Below are positions 1 to 14,667 of a stretch of DNA of 64,000 bases, piece by piece. Every line of letters starts with the position of its first letter. Position 1 is the stretch's first letter. The notes under the pieces are model-generated. The model saw nothing but the letters and a program-made list of their open reading frames with translations. It had not been told where the DNA came from and ran no database searches. This DNA comes from Haliotis rubra (lineage: Eukaryota). A program made the position numbers and the translations under genes. Location of the stretch: the NCBI RefSeq assembly GCF_003918875.1, contig NW_025766975.1, positions 930,684 to 994,683 on the forward strand, written 5' to 3'.

Positions 1-115
1 CGAAGATCCAGGTTCAAATCTCCACATGGGTACAATGTGTGAAGTCCATTTCTGATGTCTCCTGTCGTGATATTGCAGGAATATTTCTAAAAGCGGCGTA
101 AAACTATACTCACAC
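1..115 (+). mobile_element. SINE family A (tRNA-derived head + conserved tail + CTCA tail), 5' part cut by window start
   Basis: ggttcaaatctccacatgggtacaatgtgtgaag...gcaggaatatttctaaaagcggcgtaaaactatactcaca matches the family A consensus seen about 12 times in the window. Confidence 0.6.
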
Positions 116-3100
116 CACTGACGTGCATTTATCTCACACTGAATACATACATCTGTTGTTGGGAACCTCTATTTACACAGTGAGAATATACCACTTTACA
201 GTTGGTTTAATGACACATAACATTATTGATCTACATCGTTGTCCTATTGTCACTGTACCACACCCAAGGAAAGTTGTCGCCGACGAGGACGTTTTCAGTT
301 TCTCCACCATCTTGTGTAGAGAGCTTGCTTATGCTTGACAAATCACTAACAATTTTTTGACCGCAGGATATTTTTCAATGGCACTTGTCAAATTCGAATC
401 ATTATACCAAGGCAATTCATAAGGACGAAATGTCAGACAGAGCCAAATCAGAGAGTCCTAAAGAGATTAAAATTGTAGACTTCAGTGTGGCTTACGTCAT
501 TCATTCCACACTAATTAATCCCTGGAGTAGGCTCTCCAGGAACACCACCTTTCAGACGGTACATTTATATTCCAACAAAACCCGCTTTGAATTTAATTTG
601 TGTGTGTAATTCCTCAGTAAAGAAATAGAAAGGCATATCTGTTCTCTACAAATGGTCTGTACCTTAAATGTGTATTGTATTGAGTCCAAGAATCTATTAC
701 AGATCTCCCACAGGGCTCTATGTCTGGTTTCTATGCTAATTTAACTGGACCATGGCCAGAACATCTACTACTTTCGTTACGACTGGTTTTAACCGGATTA
801 CAGCAAATAGGAAAAATATTGAGTTCTACAAAACTGAAGGATTTTGAAAATACATTTGCCAATGAGAGAATTTTTTTTATCGAAGACAGGTGCCATGGCA
901 TACTAATGTTCTCATGATAGGGGAATATACAGGATGACACAATATACCGGGCATCGTTTTCTTATTATATTTAATGATTGCTTGTAGTTTGTAAATGCAC
1001 TATGTTAGGGAAACTATTCTCTCTAAAAGTATTGTTTTCTTTATGAAGCTGGACGGGGCTGAATAAAACCACTATCTTCAATATAACATCCGTGAGATAA
1101 ATTTGAGTTATGTGTTCGTAGTATCGAATTTCGCTGGATTTTGATATGGTCATATTTTCCAATTTTCTTGGATGAGAAGACAGGGGAATGATATTAGGGT
1201 AGCACCGTGGACAACCTCGACACCTCTTCACTGCCTGGCTGCGAGGTACCGTCAGAACGAGCGTCTCGCCTGACCCCTGAGCTCGGCTTCCGACATAATA
1301 GACAGCCGCCATTTATTCCCAAATCCCCAGAGACGCATACCCCATGTGTGAAAGCTCGATAATAATGATACAACTCTCCAATCAGTCGGTATAACGTCAT
1401 ATCTATTTCTGATAGATGGGAAGCGTTACTGTTAGATCCGCAGGTTTGGGGATTTTATTATGTGCGACGTTGACTGTGCCCAGGGACGTCCTGGCAGTCG
1501 GTGTTTACGAGGGGATGTGTATACGGCGTTGAGCCTCAACATCGTTGTCGTTATTATTCAATACGACGATGTATGAGGACATGGAATCTCACATGGGATG
1601 TGTCAATTGAATCATCTTGACATGCGTGTGTGATTGACATCATAGGGTGCCTTGATTCCTGATGTGTTATACAGCCTCGTTTAGCCAGACTGGTCTGTCT
1701 AGGTTAACCAAATTGTGGCCAAGAACCCGGATGATTTAGTCCCGCGCTGAATGTTCTTCCGGATTCGAGACGCCCGTGAAAGTTCTGATGAACACTTTTC
1801 TGATAATATTTCAAAATGAGAGTAACATTTTAGAAAATGTCCAAAAACATAGGATGCCATTATTTCTTTAAGGTACATCAACGACATGCTGGGACGTTTT
1901 ACAACGTCAGCGCGTTTGATACTTTGCATGAAATATCGACGTTCCAATTATAGTGTTCATTCTCAAACGGTTTAATTGTAAAGTCGTAAAGATCATATTT
2001 GGTCTTGTAATAAGAAGAGGATTTAGCAGAAAGTTAAAGCCAAGGTATCGCTGTCATAAATTTCCGTCCCAAATTACGAAAGTATTTAATGTTAAAGGAT
2101 CATTACTCGTTCGCTTCATTTCGCCATCAAACCTTAAGGTATCACCAGCTCAAAGAACTCCTTGAATGAATCAGATTCTCCATAGTCGTTTATTTTGCCC
2201 ATGTCGTATTTTATATCTTCTTTATCCCAGCGAATTCGGGCCTTTGGCCTATGAAGGTATTCACGACGTGAAACTAACCCAACGAAATACTCCACGTACA
2301 GTCACTGGGATCCTTTGTTTGAGATTGTCCGTTATTCATTGACCCAGGGTCTGTGAAGTTGAAACAAAATAGCTCATCCTAATGTCCACGACTTTACTGT
2401 TACGAGCCAGGGGCTCTGATTTGTCGAATTTACGACTATTTGATGATGAAATTTCTCGCCTGTGATTCTTATCCGACTCAAAAGCATTGGCACTTAAACC
2501 GTTCTCTTTGAGCTCGGGTGAAACCAGGAAGTAGCTTCAATGAGCTGTGTTTGCAACAATATGGAAAGCCCACTTACCGCACCACAATATAACGCTATCT
2601 GTTTGTCAAGGAATCATTTTGACTCGCAGTCTGTTTGTATAAGGGGGTTATTGCTCCATTCTACATTGTTCCTGAAATGGATTGTCAACGTTTCGGTGCC
2701 TTAAATACCGCCAAGTTTACATCCCTTCCAACATGAATCATTAATACCGTATTGTGAGAGCCAGATCTCATTTGAATACCAGAAATAATAAATTTGCCGG
2801 CAATGGCGACCAACTGTCAGGGCCGATCTCGCCGTAATTGCTCTTCATTTTTGGAAAGAGGAGCTCGCACCTGATACCGAAATGATTTTTGTTGATTAAA
2901 ATGAAAATCTCGCCGGTAGTAATGGGACAGTTAATTCTCACTTCATCAGCGGGGCAACACATTAGCCGGACGACTTGGTCGTACAGTTTCTCATCAAGTC
3001 GTCGACGGAGAGAGAAGACTGGGCTAGCTATTGCCAACAAACTCATCACTCCTGAAATCATCAAAGCTGTCACAACGCCTAGATTCATTTTGGTCCGGGC

Positions 3101-5567
3101 CAGTATGCCAGCTTTTTAGCTTCGTGATAAAAGACTCCCTTCAAATCTGTCTGATTATGCTATCCATTCACGGCCAGGGTGATGGGAGCGCTGGGCGAGA
3201 TAGGTCGCCGCTAGGGCTCTGTAGGGTGACACTTGTAAATAACATGTTGTGTACATGACTCACAACAACACAACCAAGCCACAACGGTAATACTACCATT
3301 AGTGTTGTTATAATGACAATTATTGAGGATTAGTATCATCATAGCCATTAGTTTTATGATCCTGTGTCAATGATTATGATGAGGTTGTTTGACTCCGTCA
3401 ACACAAACATCCCCAGCAAAAACGTTATCACAATCAACAGTGTTGGTGTAATTAGTCAGCATGCAATATAGTTGTCACGCTGTACAGTAAAGTGATCTAT
3501 CGCAAGGTAATTACCTTTTCAAGGAAAATATATGAACAAAAGGTTGGACATCATGAGAATGTGGGGGATATGTTTAAGAATCTGGGCACTCAACCTTCTC
3601 AAAAAACAATATCCGCCCAAAATATTCATGGTCCCTACTTTTTCATCAGTGAATATTGATACACGTATCATACCATCACGTGTACGTCCCATGAAGCGGT
3701 TTTAACACTTTTTGTGACAGACTATTTTAAAAAGAAACTCATTAGGGGAATTTCAAAGAACTGTTTTCGGAAACATTATTTTCAAAACATTTTGTCCAAA
3801 TATATAGAATAGATTAATACTACATGATTAAGGAAAATCAGTATAGAAGCCCCTCTCTGTGTTGTCCCCTTTCGTGTGAGATACGGCTTCTGTCAACACT
3901 GGGGGGAGATATGAATGTGTAGAATACTACGTAAACAAAACTAGACAGTTTCCTATAAATCCAGCGGCGATGATTGTCATTTCCAACGCGATCAGGGAAT
4001 ACAGGTTTTCCCCGTAATTGTTTTCTTTGAATTATCAAGCATTTGTTAATGACGAGAGTTAAAGTAACGAAAGATGCCGTATATCTTAACCGATACAATC
4101 TCTCCGGCAACCAACATGAAGAAACGGGCCATGCGTCTTCCCTTATATCGCGCTAAACACATCTGAAAGTCTGTCAGGGCATCAGGATGGGACAAGAAAA
4201 CAAATGTTTTCCTCTCCCTCGACACTGCAGCCAGTAACAGAGCTATTAATCTGCATCAGCAAGGTACGGGATGAGGTTGGCGTCTTAATTGCATCCCCCG
4301 ACTCATGTTGTTACGGCAGCAGGAACACATCCCGTTGAGAAAGCGTAGAGGCTCTAACAGTTATTAAGTCAAATCCTAGAAGAGACCAGGGTCACTTAGA
4401 GGGAGTTAATTGGTAATAATTGAAGCATCTAGAGAAACGAGGGTCTTGATACACTTTAGTACGGGTTTATCAGACAGTCAGGGTAACCTGTAATTACTGA
4501 TCTAGTTTTGGGTACAATTTGCCACAGTCTTTCATATTTAGAGCATATTAACACCCTGAAAGAAAATATAATATTCTATATCATACAATTTTGATGATTC
4601 TTGTCCAATGTGTTTTATGCTGAAATGAGAGATTCCTTGTTTCAGTATATGTCCGTATATCTTAAAGGAGAATTGTTGATGTGAAAGCATCTATTACTGA
4701 TGTTAGTATTTTTAAATTAATCATGAAAGGAAATATTTCTTAACAACTATACAATACCATTTCGACAATTCTATTTTTTTCTTTCGAAAACTCTCTTTCT
4801 TTTCTTCTAATGAATTATGGTAATGAAATGGGATCGCTCTTTCTTCTATAGTTAACGTGTCAATACAGTTGGTATCGTGTATTCATTGGAAGCAAATGAT
4901 GTATAATTTACAACTATAATGAAAACAAAAAGTAGGATTGGGGCTATAACTCACAAAAAGGTTGACACTCGAATTATCAATAATTAATTCAAGTCATACT
5001 AGAAGTTACCTCGGATCGTTCATTGTTAATGATTGAAAACATGAAAGGCGAGGTATGCATGTTCAAATTTCTAAAATATATGTTCATTTTAAGTATTCGA
5101 ACAACTGTCAATTATGCATGACTGGAATACCGATTATTGAACTATATCCATAGATTACATTCGTCCCTACGTTTGTATTATTTACTGTTCAGAAAACCAA
5201 ATTTTTTCTCTGGTTATATATAATTCTTGATTTTCATAAGTTCATCCTTTCGAGGGTTAAACTGATATTGATCTCGTCTTTTTGGATTTACATCAATAAG
5301 ACAATTACGTCAATTTCAGACCATACAGCTTGGAGTAACTATTATTGAACATATTATTGAGTAACATATCCGCAGACCTTGTTTATTAAAGATTTCTTTT
5401 TAAATATGTTTAGAATATAAATCATGAAACGATCTTCGACAAAGATTTATATTACCCGTAATAATTTTATTACGCACAGTGTGAACGCCATGACATCTTC
5501 CATAATAGAAATAAAAGACAACCAGATTGACGTAATACTTATTCGACATATTTTTTCACGTGTTTAG

Positions 5568-5898
<331 letters not shown>

Positions 5899-8800
5899 TA
5901 GAATTAGCCATCAGTTATGTTTTCATTGGTGGAAATGTTTATGTATCAATACAAACATACAGTCACCCTAAGCCGTGGTAAGTGGCATAGGGAATATTAT
6001 TAATATCAATAACACACATATTTGGCAGAAAATAATATATTTCAACAAACCTGTTTCTTTTGGTTTGGTAGAAATACATAGTCGATCATTACATGAAGAA
6101 ATGTCACAAACACATTTATTGTTCACTGAAATGATACATGAAATACACATAATATATATTACATTTACACACCAAGTCAGTATATCATAACCATATATAT
6201 ATTATATATCTTCAATAGCTTAATGCGAAATATGTTTCAATATCTACATTTATTCGTTCATTAAGACATTACAATGACATAAAGCCACACATATATTAAT
6301 TAAAACAATTAAATTATGTTTAATATTTTTGCAACTGTCTAAAGAACAATAACACACATGCGTAACTGTCTCGAGTGAATACTTTTAACCTTTTTAAAAA
6401 CTTCTCCAGGAAAAATGATCTTAGGCGCATACGTTAAGAACGGTTCACCAGTATATACACCACTTGGTTAAACCATCCATCTCGATCAATGCACCGAGCA
6501 AACAAATAAGCGTGTGATATTCCCATATTTCTCCAAACTGCAAATTAATATTCACGTAGAGTCCATCCCATGTAGCTACAATGCTGAATTCTACACATTA
6601 TTTATGCATGGACTAGCACGTGTATGAAAAGTCGTATAAATGCCAACATGAACACTCGCGTCAGTCGGTGCAATGGCTTAGAGGCAGACATATTTTCTTG
6701 CTCTCTCTTTTTATCAGGTTTTCCATTATCGATCGGTATAGCCTTCAATGATCAAAGCATAATGTCTTCACACTCGTTCTTGGAGGATATTTCTTGTGAA
6801 AGAAGGCGAGATTGTTCCGATAGCCTTGCTTGAGATCTGCAGATACACATTTAACGTATTAATTATACAGCGACAATGGTTGAAATAATTAAAACTGTCC
6901 ATTTGGAGCAGTCAGCAAATGCTTCACTTCAACCGTACTTGTAAAGGCTTGACAATGTTTTGGGTAATAAACAACGGACAGTTTTGTAAAATTCAAAGGA
7001 CATATAATCTCAATTGAATTTATTGCATATTGACAATGTGGGGTATACAACTAGGAATATATCTTTTTTCGCAAGTTGAATTGATCTGAACCTTTATCTT
7101 TGACAAAACAACAAATCAATTATTATTATTATATTTTTATTCATAAATAGACAAAGAAATTAAAGATAGGTATATTTTCAAGGTAGAAGCGGTATCAACG
7201 CTATATGATATACAAGAATATAATTATAGGTATATTATCAAGCACAAAAGCGGTATCAACTTTTGACCGTAATGTTTTGAGGACTGGTTGAAAGCACCGG
7301 TAACTTGAATGGTCATTTTAAGAAGAGAGATATGTCCCTGGTATGTCTGCTTGTCGCCTCGGATGCTTCCCAGTTTGTTTTGTGGACGGGATTTGATTTC
7401 CGGTTTACCAGTTCCTACTTCCGGCGAGTGTTGCGCGTATGTCCCGCCATTGTTCCCAACAAGAGCCACGTGTTGAGACACGGAAAAATATTCTTACCAG
7501 CACACCTGTCAAAATGTTTGCATTTTTGTTAAAATCGGTTGCAAAAAATACTCTTACTTTGTGGGAAATTTTACAAGATCAACATTGAAGCTTGTTTTTG
7601 ATTTATGCGATATCGTCACGAACTGTTGAAATAAGACCAAAATGTAAACAAGACGGAGACTGGTGCTCAGTCGGGATAAAGTGGCGCGTTCTCCAGACAG
7701 CTCGTTAACATTGTAGTGTTTAAATGGAATGCACAAGTATGTCTTCATATTTTCACATCAGACTTTTCTCCTGGGAAGGTGCAATCTGATAGCATTCAGT
7801 TACTTTAATTCTCTATCAGTAATCCCAGCTCACGGACCATCTCTCTCCCTTTACCAACATCAATTGTTTCTAACAGTAGCCCCCTTGGGATAAATTACTT
7901 AGCTTCCTCCGCCAATGCACAATGACATGTGCATAAATGAACCACGACTATACCGAAGGAGCCAGCGAAACGTCCATAATTAATGAATTTCACGTCAGAC
8001 AATATAAGGCGACAAATTGTTCTAGTCTAACAGTCATAGACGGGGTGTATGTATTGAAACAGATCCTGAGATGTTGGGCATCAAAGACCCTATCTTCTCT
8101 TAAAATTATTAATAAATGAAAGCTTCGATAGACGATCTCATAGTGAGCATCCTGTAAGCCTATTTACTGTTTCAGAGAGTGAAGAATTGGTAGTTTTCGT
8201 ACGTGTCTTAAGTGTGTACCTGCTGACATGCTACTATTTAAAGTAAACTGTTTTGGTAAGATAGTTTTTAATTCCACTATTTAAGGTATTTTAGGTATTT
8301 AACAATTTTAGGTCTTTCTAATTCCTAGTCATCATGAGTGAGAACCTATGTTTTATTGATGGTTTTCCTGATGTTATTCTTGTGACACAGGAAAAGACAA
8401 CACTGACTGTATGTTTCTCCGTTCAATTTTTTTCCTGCTGTCGAAACGCCAATGCAAATAAACAGTCGCTGTCAAAAACGCAACCGCTTCTAGAGTATTG
8501 ACAAGCCAATAAAACGGCCGTGCGTCAATTAGAGGTTTTGCGTTCTCTACAATTTGTCTCGATCATATACATGTCCAAATAAAGAGAAACGAACTCCGTA
8601 AACAAATATGCTAATATTAGGTGCAGGTTTCACTCTCAGGGAAATTCTCATTCATAATGATGACGTTGAACTAATCTTCCTCACGCCGACAGCGATGATG
8701 AAAGGCGTCCAGATCTCCCCCAAACCCTGGTGGCTTGTCGAATCGATAACAGTGTATTAGCTTGGCCATACTCGTATATGAACAGTTATTAACCTCTCAT

Positions 8801-10035
8801 AGATCCCCGACCACTTTTTCATCCAAGTCGCATGTCAAAGAGACAAGAGAAGAAAACAGCCAATCAGGAAGCGTCTCTTTAAACGAGTGATCCCGAAAAT
8901 TACCGATCACTTAAACGGCAATAGTCGGGAGCTGTCGTGATAGTGTGGAAATTTAGGAGAAGGACACACTCGCTGTTTCCGATCCTTCCTCTGTAGGAAC
9001 CTCCCCATTTCCTGACTGGGGCTTTGGTTTAACACCGGCAGAAGGGGGATATCGATCTTAAATACAGTCACCTCTTATTACATTGATAACTAAAAGCTGT
9101 CATTTTGTTTTCGTCATCCGCGAATATGGACTCAAATTTGGCTAGTGATCTCTGAGAGAACGCAGTCAAGCGAAACGCGAGCGCCCTTAAAACTATTAGC
9201 CAAAATTGGACGTCATGAACTCTTAGCTTCTTAATAAAACGGTTTTAACAGTAAATTCATATCAGGTAGGAACCAAACCGCAGACATTCACAGACTACAT
9301 AATTTTATACTCCCATAAACTATGCACCATTGTAAACCGCTATGCTGCATCGAACCGTACAGCGGGCTCCCGTGGATTAATTGTCAATTGACGGTATTGC
9401 GTGGATCCATCGTGAATGAACTTGACATATGCCAGCTTCGTCGCGCCATATTGCGTGTGTGCATTATTCATTTAAAGTGGTATCTCCTCATGAAATATTT
9501 ACCTCATGATATTGTTGCAAGCCAGAACTCTGGCTATTGTCGTTGCCAACACTTCTACCAAAGACACGCTTCATGGACCTCGTCAGTGAACACAAGCGGT
9601 TAGACAGTCAGTATTCCGAAGGGAAATGTCAAATCAAAATGGCTTCCGTACCAGTTCTGCAGCCGCGATGGCGGAACTATCCAGATTGAACGTGACACGC
9701 ATGACTGGAACAACATATGTCTAACACAGGATCTTTTGGCCAACAATATTACATATGGTACATGTAACATAGATAATATCACGAACGGCGGGGATTAAAG
9801 TAGAAATTACGTACTGAGTGTCAACACAAGTACAATTCCATAACTAACACCGTTCTCCTTTTCATGGTCATTGTGCGAACATCTCACGCTCATCATTAAT
9901 TAATATAACAATGCATAGCACGTCACGGTGCCGTGTTATCAGAAGGCTGATTTCAGGTTACATCGCTGCTTGTTTTGTTTTCTGGGAAATGACTCTTTAA
10001 GATTTTTTTATTGAATTTTATTTTTTTTCCCACAG

Positions 10036-10124
10036 CGTTAACAGAACCAACGATAGACTACGGGTTTCAACGCCTCATGAAATTGGTACCACGCCATCCT
10101 GGGGATCCAGAGCGACTTCCCAAA
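10036..10124 (+). CDS. coe: COE/EBF exon encoding HLH helix 1: (A)[29 protein letters not shown]
   Basis: Polypyrimidine tract then cccacag|CG acceptor (AG 10034-10035); donor AAA|gtaaga (GT 10125-10126). Joins the phase-1 end of the previous exon to give GCG=Ala. Near-identical to the recalled EBF motif [30 protein letters not shown]. Confidence 0.9.
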
Positions 10125-11020
10125 GTAAGACAAGTTTTCAGGATGATATCATTCTTAGTCACTGGTCTCCGTCAACTCGCTCCCGCTAACAATGATATGC
10201 ACCGCTACCTTTCGAGTGCCTTTGAACATAATTCAGAAAGTTACACCCAATCAATAATTGTCATAGCTTTGGATGAGAACATCTGTTAGCAGGTAGCCAC
10301 TAACCCGTTCTCTTTTATTGCTCTAATTATCGGCGGTGGAGTTTATAGTGTTGCATTCACCAGTTCCTCCACTGTCGTGATAATGGATTAGCTATTTTCG
10401 ATGTGCAGATTTTGGTTGTTGGCTTTTATTACGTTTAAAATCTTGTTTGGTGATATTTGATCGAACAGATAAATATTGTATTTTTTTTAATTTGGTACTC
10501 TGTGAACTTTATCAAATCTATTTCGGTCCTTTCTGTTGGAACTTAGGGGTGAATATGTGAGACATTGAGAGGAACTGCTAGATGTATGCATGTAAGGCGG
10601 ACTCGGGCTTTCTGAGAAAATAAGTTCTTAACATGAATTACAGTAAAATCAATTTCATATAAGAGAAACACTTTCAGGTTAAACTGACGCAAGAAAAAAC
10701 CCAAACCATGTTTCTCTTTTTATCATGGAAATAGTGTTGAGATGTTTGAAAACGTCTTTTCGACATAATGATAAAACTGATAATTCCATGTTTTACTATC
10801 ATATTACATTGTTCAAATAGTTGAAGTTTCTACAGTTTGAGAAAAGACCAATCCTAAATCGGTGTTCTTGTGTACTCTGAAATTTTATTTCTTTGTCAAA
10901 TTACAATATATCAAAGAAAAGCCTATCAACATAATCATCGTCCCTTTTCTATGATTCAGTGACGTGTCAATGTTTGTTATTTGGTGATCGTTGTTATATA
11001 TGTATTTTTTCTCTCTCCAG

Positions 11021-11213
11021 GAAATAATCTTAAAACGTGCCGCGGATCTAGCCGAGGCACTCTACAGTATGCCCCGTAACCCCAACCAGCTATCACTCCC
11101 AGCCCCCAGGTCCCCCGCCATGAACAACACATCCCCAATGTCCGGATTCAACACCTACCCTGGTCAGCTAGCGGTCAGCGTGGCCGATACAGTCACCGGT
11201 CAGTGGGAAGAAG
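11021..11213 (+). CDS. coe: COE/EBF exon encoding HLH helix 2 and linker: [64 protein letters not shown]
   Basis: Acceptor ctctctccag|GAA (AG 11019-11020); donor GAAG|gttggt (GT 11214-11215); phase 0 in, phase 1 out. Matches the recalled EBF motif [23 protein letters not shown] ... SGQLAVNVSEAS. Only ONE helix-2 copy follows ERLPK (vertebrate EBFs have two). Confidence 0.9.
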
Positions 11214-12028
11214 GTTGGTGACGCTCCAACCTTCTTAGTTACATCGCCTCTGAGTTGCCTCCCTTTGCTCTAACCAGAGTGGCCTCCCTTGGCTTCCTGA
11301 AATACTTGACTGTCTTTCTGAGTTGATAGACGTAGCGATGGATGTGTTGGAGCATTTTGAGAATATTTCATTACAATGCGTGCATGTGCCTTCTTACAAA
11401 TCATAAAAATATGTAAAAATGCAATCTGTAAATGACAGCTGTTTAGATGCATGGACAGTAATGGCTAGAATCTCCTGGGATAATGACTCAGTAAAGGTTC
11501 ATGCATGTTATGTACACATTTTATTGATAATAATGAACAACAGTATTTGCAAAGTGGATGTAGTCGACCTTTGTAGCTTCTGTGCTTCTTTGTAAAGCAT
11601 GTACTATTGTCATTTACACTTGTTTCTGTTATATATGGGGTACGAGTGGCCCGAACATCTAAAAGTGCCACAGTTTCTGTGCAGAGATGCCAGAAACCTG
11701 TGATCGTGGTTCGAATCCCGATTCGCTCCGATTGTGTTTCTAAGTTTGGTAGCACCATACCCATGCTCTTTGGTATCACCAAAGTGGTAAAACGTCTGAG
11801 ACAGATAAAGCTGACAAGCCGTGATGGAACTGGAATACTGTTCAAAACGACGTTAAACCCAACTCACCCAGTGGCATATCCATTGCATGTTCAGAAATGA
11901 ACTAAAGGCAACATAAAATTTCCGTTTTCATAATGCCACCTTTACTTATTTCAAGTTTGCTTAAATCTGATTAGAAGCTGATTGATGCTCTTTGGTCCTC
12001 TTCATTTTCAAAGAACTGTTTCTTCCAG

Positions 12029-12175
12029 GCTACAACAGAAGCCAGAGTTCCAGCGTATCGCCCCGTGGTTACGGGTCCAACGGATCCACGCCACACAGTA
12101 CAAACAGTGGAAGCTACGCAGGCACGCCGGGAATGAACGGGTATCACGGAAGTGCTGGTGCGCTAGGCAATATGG
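12029..12175 (+). CDS. coe: COE/EBF exon, Ser/Gly/Thr-rich transactivation region: GYNRSQSSSVSPRGYGSNGSTPHSTNSGSYAGTPGMNGYHGSAGALGNM(G)
   Basis: Acceptor tttcttccag|GC (AG 12027-12028); strong donor ATGG|gtaagt (GT 12176-12177); phase 1 in and phase 1 out. Matches the recalled EBF1 segment GFTRNSSSVSPHGY...SMNGYGSAAMSNLG. Confidence 0.85.
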
Positions 12176-13852
12176 GTAAGTTGTGACGTCACATACGCTT
12201 CCTCGTCATTGTCATTTCGTTGCTGCTGGCTTACTTCATATCCTTCAACCATTGTGGCACTGGTGTTTATTTATGATATTTTGCACTTTATTGCATGATC
12301 TGAAATACTTGATATCATGTTATTCATACGCAATACATCAATATACTAACATTCACGTTCTGACGTTTTTTTTCTGTAAAAATGAAAGGTAGTGTTTTTT
12401 TCCTGATCGTTTAGACTATAAGTTAATTTCAAATGAAAATTGTCAAACGACCAAATGACCTATCATAACAATTTTCAAGAATCGAAATACCGTTAATTGT
12501 TGTCATTGATGTTTCTGCCGACATTGATATACCATTACGTTAAAGCGCGTAGGGTAAATGCTGCTATATAACGGCACAATTTTTAGAGTAATTCCCATTT
12601 CTACCTGAAGAATTCAAAATCCACAACGATGAGACGGGACAATAATACTGCGACCATGCCACTGTTTACCTCTGCGCTTGTGGGAGTTGAGAACAGTTAT
12701 AATCAATGATCTCAACGCTACTTCGGAATAAACGTTAGACAGCCGTCAATCTCGGTTAAATTTGCCGTCATATTATGCATTGTGTTGGCTATAGGAATGA
12801 AGCCGGGGGTTTACTCTACTCTATATTCGCTACAGTGGAACAATACATCATTTGGAACCGATGGTATTTGTGGACACACAATATTTTGTAACAATAAGTG
12901 CAAAATTACCTTTAGTAGAAAATCAACACTACCGTAGTCGGCTCCGCTAATTGTTTTAGCCAAACAAATGCCGCATAATTCATAGGGAAGAAGCTTGATT
13001 TTGGTGAAGGGATTGGAGCTGGGATCCATTGTGTTGGGCCGGAGCGCCAGTTTCTCCGAGATCTCGCGGGACCCGCTTCTAATAGGTTGATCAACAACTT
13101 GTTAGCCTGGCTAAGGCGTCATGGGACCTCGTGATGAACAAATCATGCACACACCGTTTCAGACATTCCAATCTATAGTTCACTGATAATTCACAAGCAA
13201 ATAGACGTGGAATATGTGCAAGCTCCTCTCTGCGACCTCACTGAACATTTCGCGCACGTGGTTTGAACTCAATCGCATTTGGCGGGAAATCGATGGGCCG
13301 CCATCTTAAGCCCAACTTGAGTTCGTGTCGCTTGAAAGTACGTTAATCCTAACTCGTCTGCCCATAATCATATGTGACTCTCGGTAGCAAGCATAACGCG
13401 CACATGGCGCGAGGATAATGCGAAGATCAATTTACAATTGTAGCTCAATTTCCGCCCGAAACGGCCGGTTATTGGAGAATTAAACAGTGACTTTTACTAC
13501 GCTGTGTTTATTTCCGAAAAGGAAACACAACGTTGGCCGATAGCTGTAATATTTAGACTCTGCTTAACTGTAACAAAAGCTACGCCATTATGTCGCGGCA
13601 AACCCGTTACCAAGGGTACACAGCGGATGGAAGTGTTTGTTGCCGGATACAGAGCCGTTAATACGCGTTAAGGCAGTAAAACAATTCTTTATCCTTTATT
13701 GATGCCCTGCTGCGATAGCTGTACTAGTGCCTAATGACTCGAATCATCCATGCGTGAAACAAATCAATTCATCCATCCTAGATATCATACCCAATCTAAA
13801 TTAACAAACAGAATTCAGACAAGATCTGTTATTTTTTTTTGTTTCTCTTCAG

Positions 13853-13897
13853 GTTTAGATCATTTTCTCAGAGATGAAGCAGGAAGATTGGGAGCTG
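13853..13897 (+). CDS. coe: Candidate 45-nt cassette micro-exon of COE (GLDHFLRDEAGRLGA in phase 1)
   Basis: T-rich tract + ttctcttcag|GT acceptor (AG 13851-13852); donor GCTG|gtaaga (GT 13898-13899). Length 45 is a multiple of 3. Only the phase-1 frame is open, which is exactly the phase left by the upstream exon. No homology support. Confidence 0.45.
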
Positions 13898-14146
13898 GTA
13901 AGACTTTTTTATAATTTTTATTCGTGTATTTTTTGCATTTCTTCAGTCCGTTTTTATTTTGCTTTCTAATTTCATTTCTATCTGTCTCTCTTGTATTTCG
14001 GAAATGGTCTTTTCGTTTTTTAAATTTAAAGGTCAGTAGGTATTGACAGATATGTGTGACGACAATTGGGAAGGGGGTGGAGCAAGACGTCCATTCCTGG
14101 CCGTTTTCGGTTTGTTTATTTTTCTTTTTTGTTTTATGTTCTGCAG

Positions 14147-14355
14147 TTGCTACGTCTCACTCGCCTCCCCATCAGTTCTCCGCCCCCTCGGGCCTGTCAG
14201 GGACTTGTGCCCCCGGGATTTTCTCTTTCTCACCTGCCAATATGATCACGGCGGTCAAACAGAAAAGTGCCTTTGCACCTGTCGTTCGTGCGCCGAGCCC
14301 GCCCCCTCCCCTTCCCGGCATTCAGTGCGGCTGGGTTTCACATCCGCTTTTACAC
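14147..14355 (+). CDS. coe: COE/EBF C-terminal exon: (V)[69 protein letters not shown]; 3' boundary uncertain (donor CAC|gttagt at 14356, or read-through to TAA at 14377-14379)
   Basis: Acceptor ttatgttctgcag|TT (AG 14145-14146), in frame with the phase-1 upstream exons. Contains the recalled conserved EBF C-terminal motif [26 protein letters not shown]. An aataaa at 14575-14580 could serve a transcript ending here. Confidence 0.7.
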
Positions 14356-14667
14356 GTTAGTAGACATTGCTTAATATAAAGGTCCTTATTGGTAATGCAT
14401 TATTTCTGATGGCGTCCTACCTTGGTTTGACGACATATGAATGTAGTTTCATAGTATTAAATTCAGTAGATTGTATATGTTGTCTGCTTTTATTGCGCTT
14501 GCTTTGTCGTTGTTTCTTGTAAACTTTGATTTATACTTTTTTTTCTATAAATGTTTTTACTTCTTCAAATGTATTAATAAATGTAAATACAATGTATACA
14601 ATATTGTATCTGAGCGGATGAATAGTATTTTGAAAAGGAAAGTAAAGAGTTGTTTATTTCATTACAG

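Noticed and set aside
8860-8900. ccaatcag CCAAT-box-like motif and GC-rich patch at 8800-9060 as a possible promoter
   Set aside because: It lies inside a COE intron and is an isolated short motif with no TATA or Inr arrangement and no downstream exon that I could identify.
11992-12186. Reading 11992-12186 as one continuous ORF (MVLFIFKELFLPGYNRSQ...)
   Set aside because: The 5' part (MVLFIFKELFLP) is intronic. The real exon starts at the AG acceptor at 12027-12028 and ends at the GT donor at 12176.
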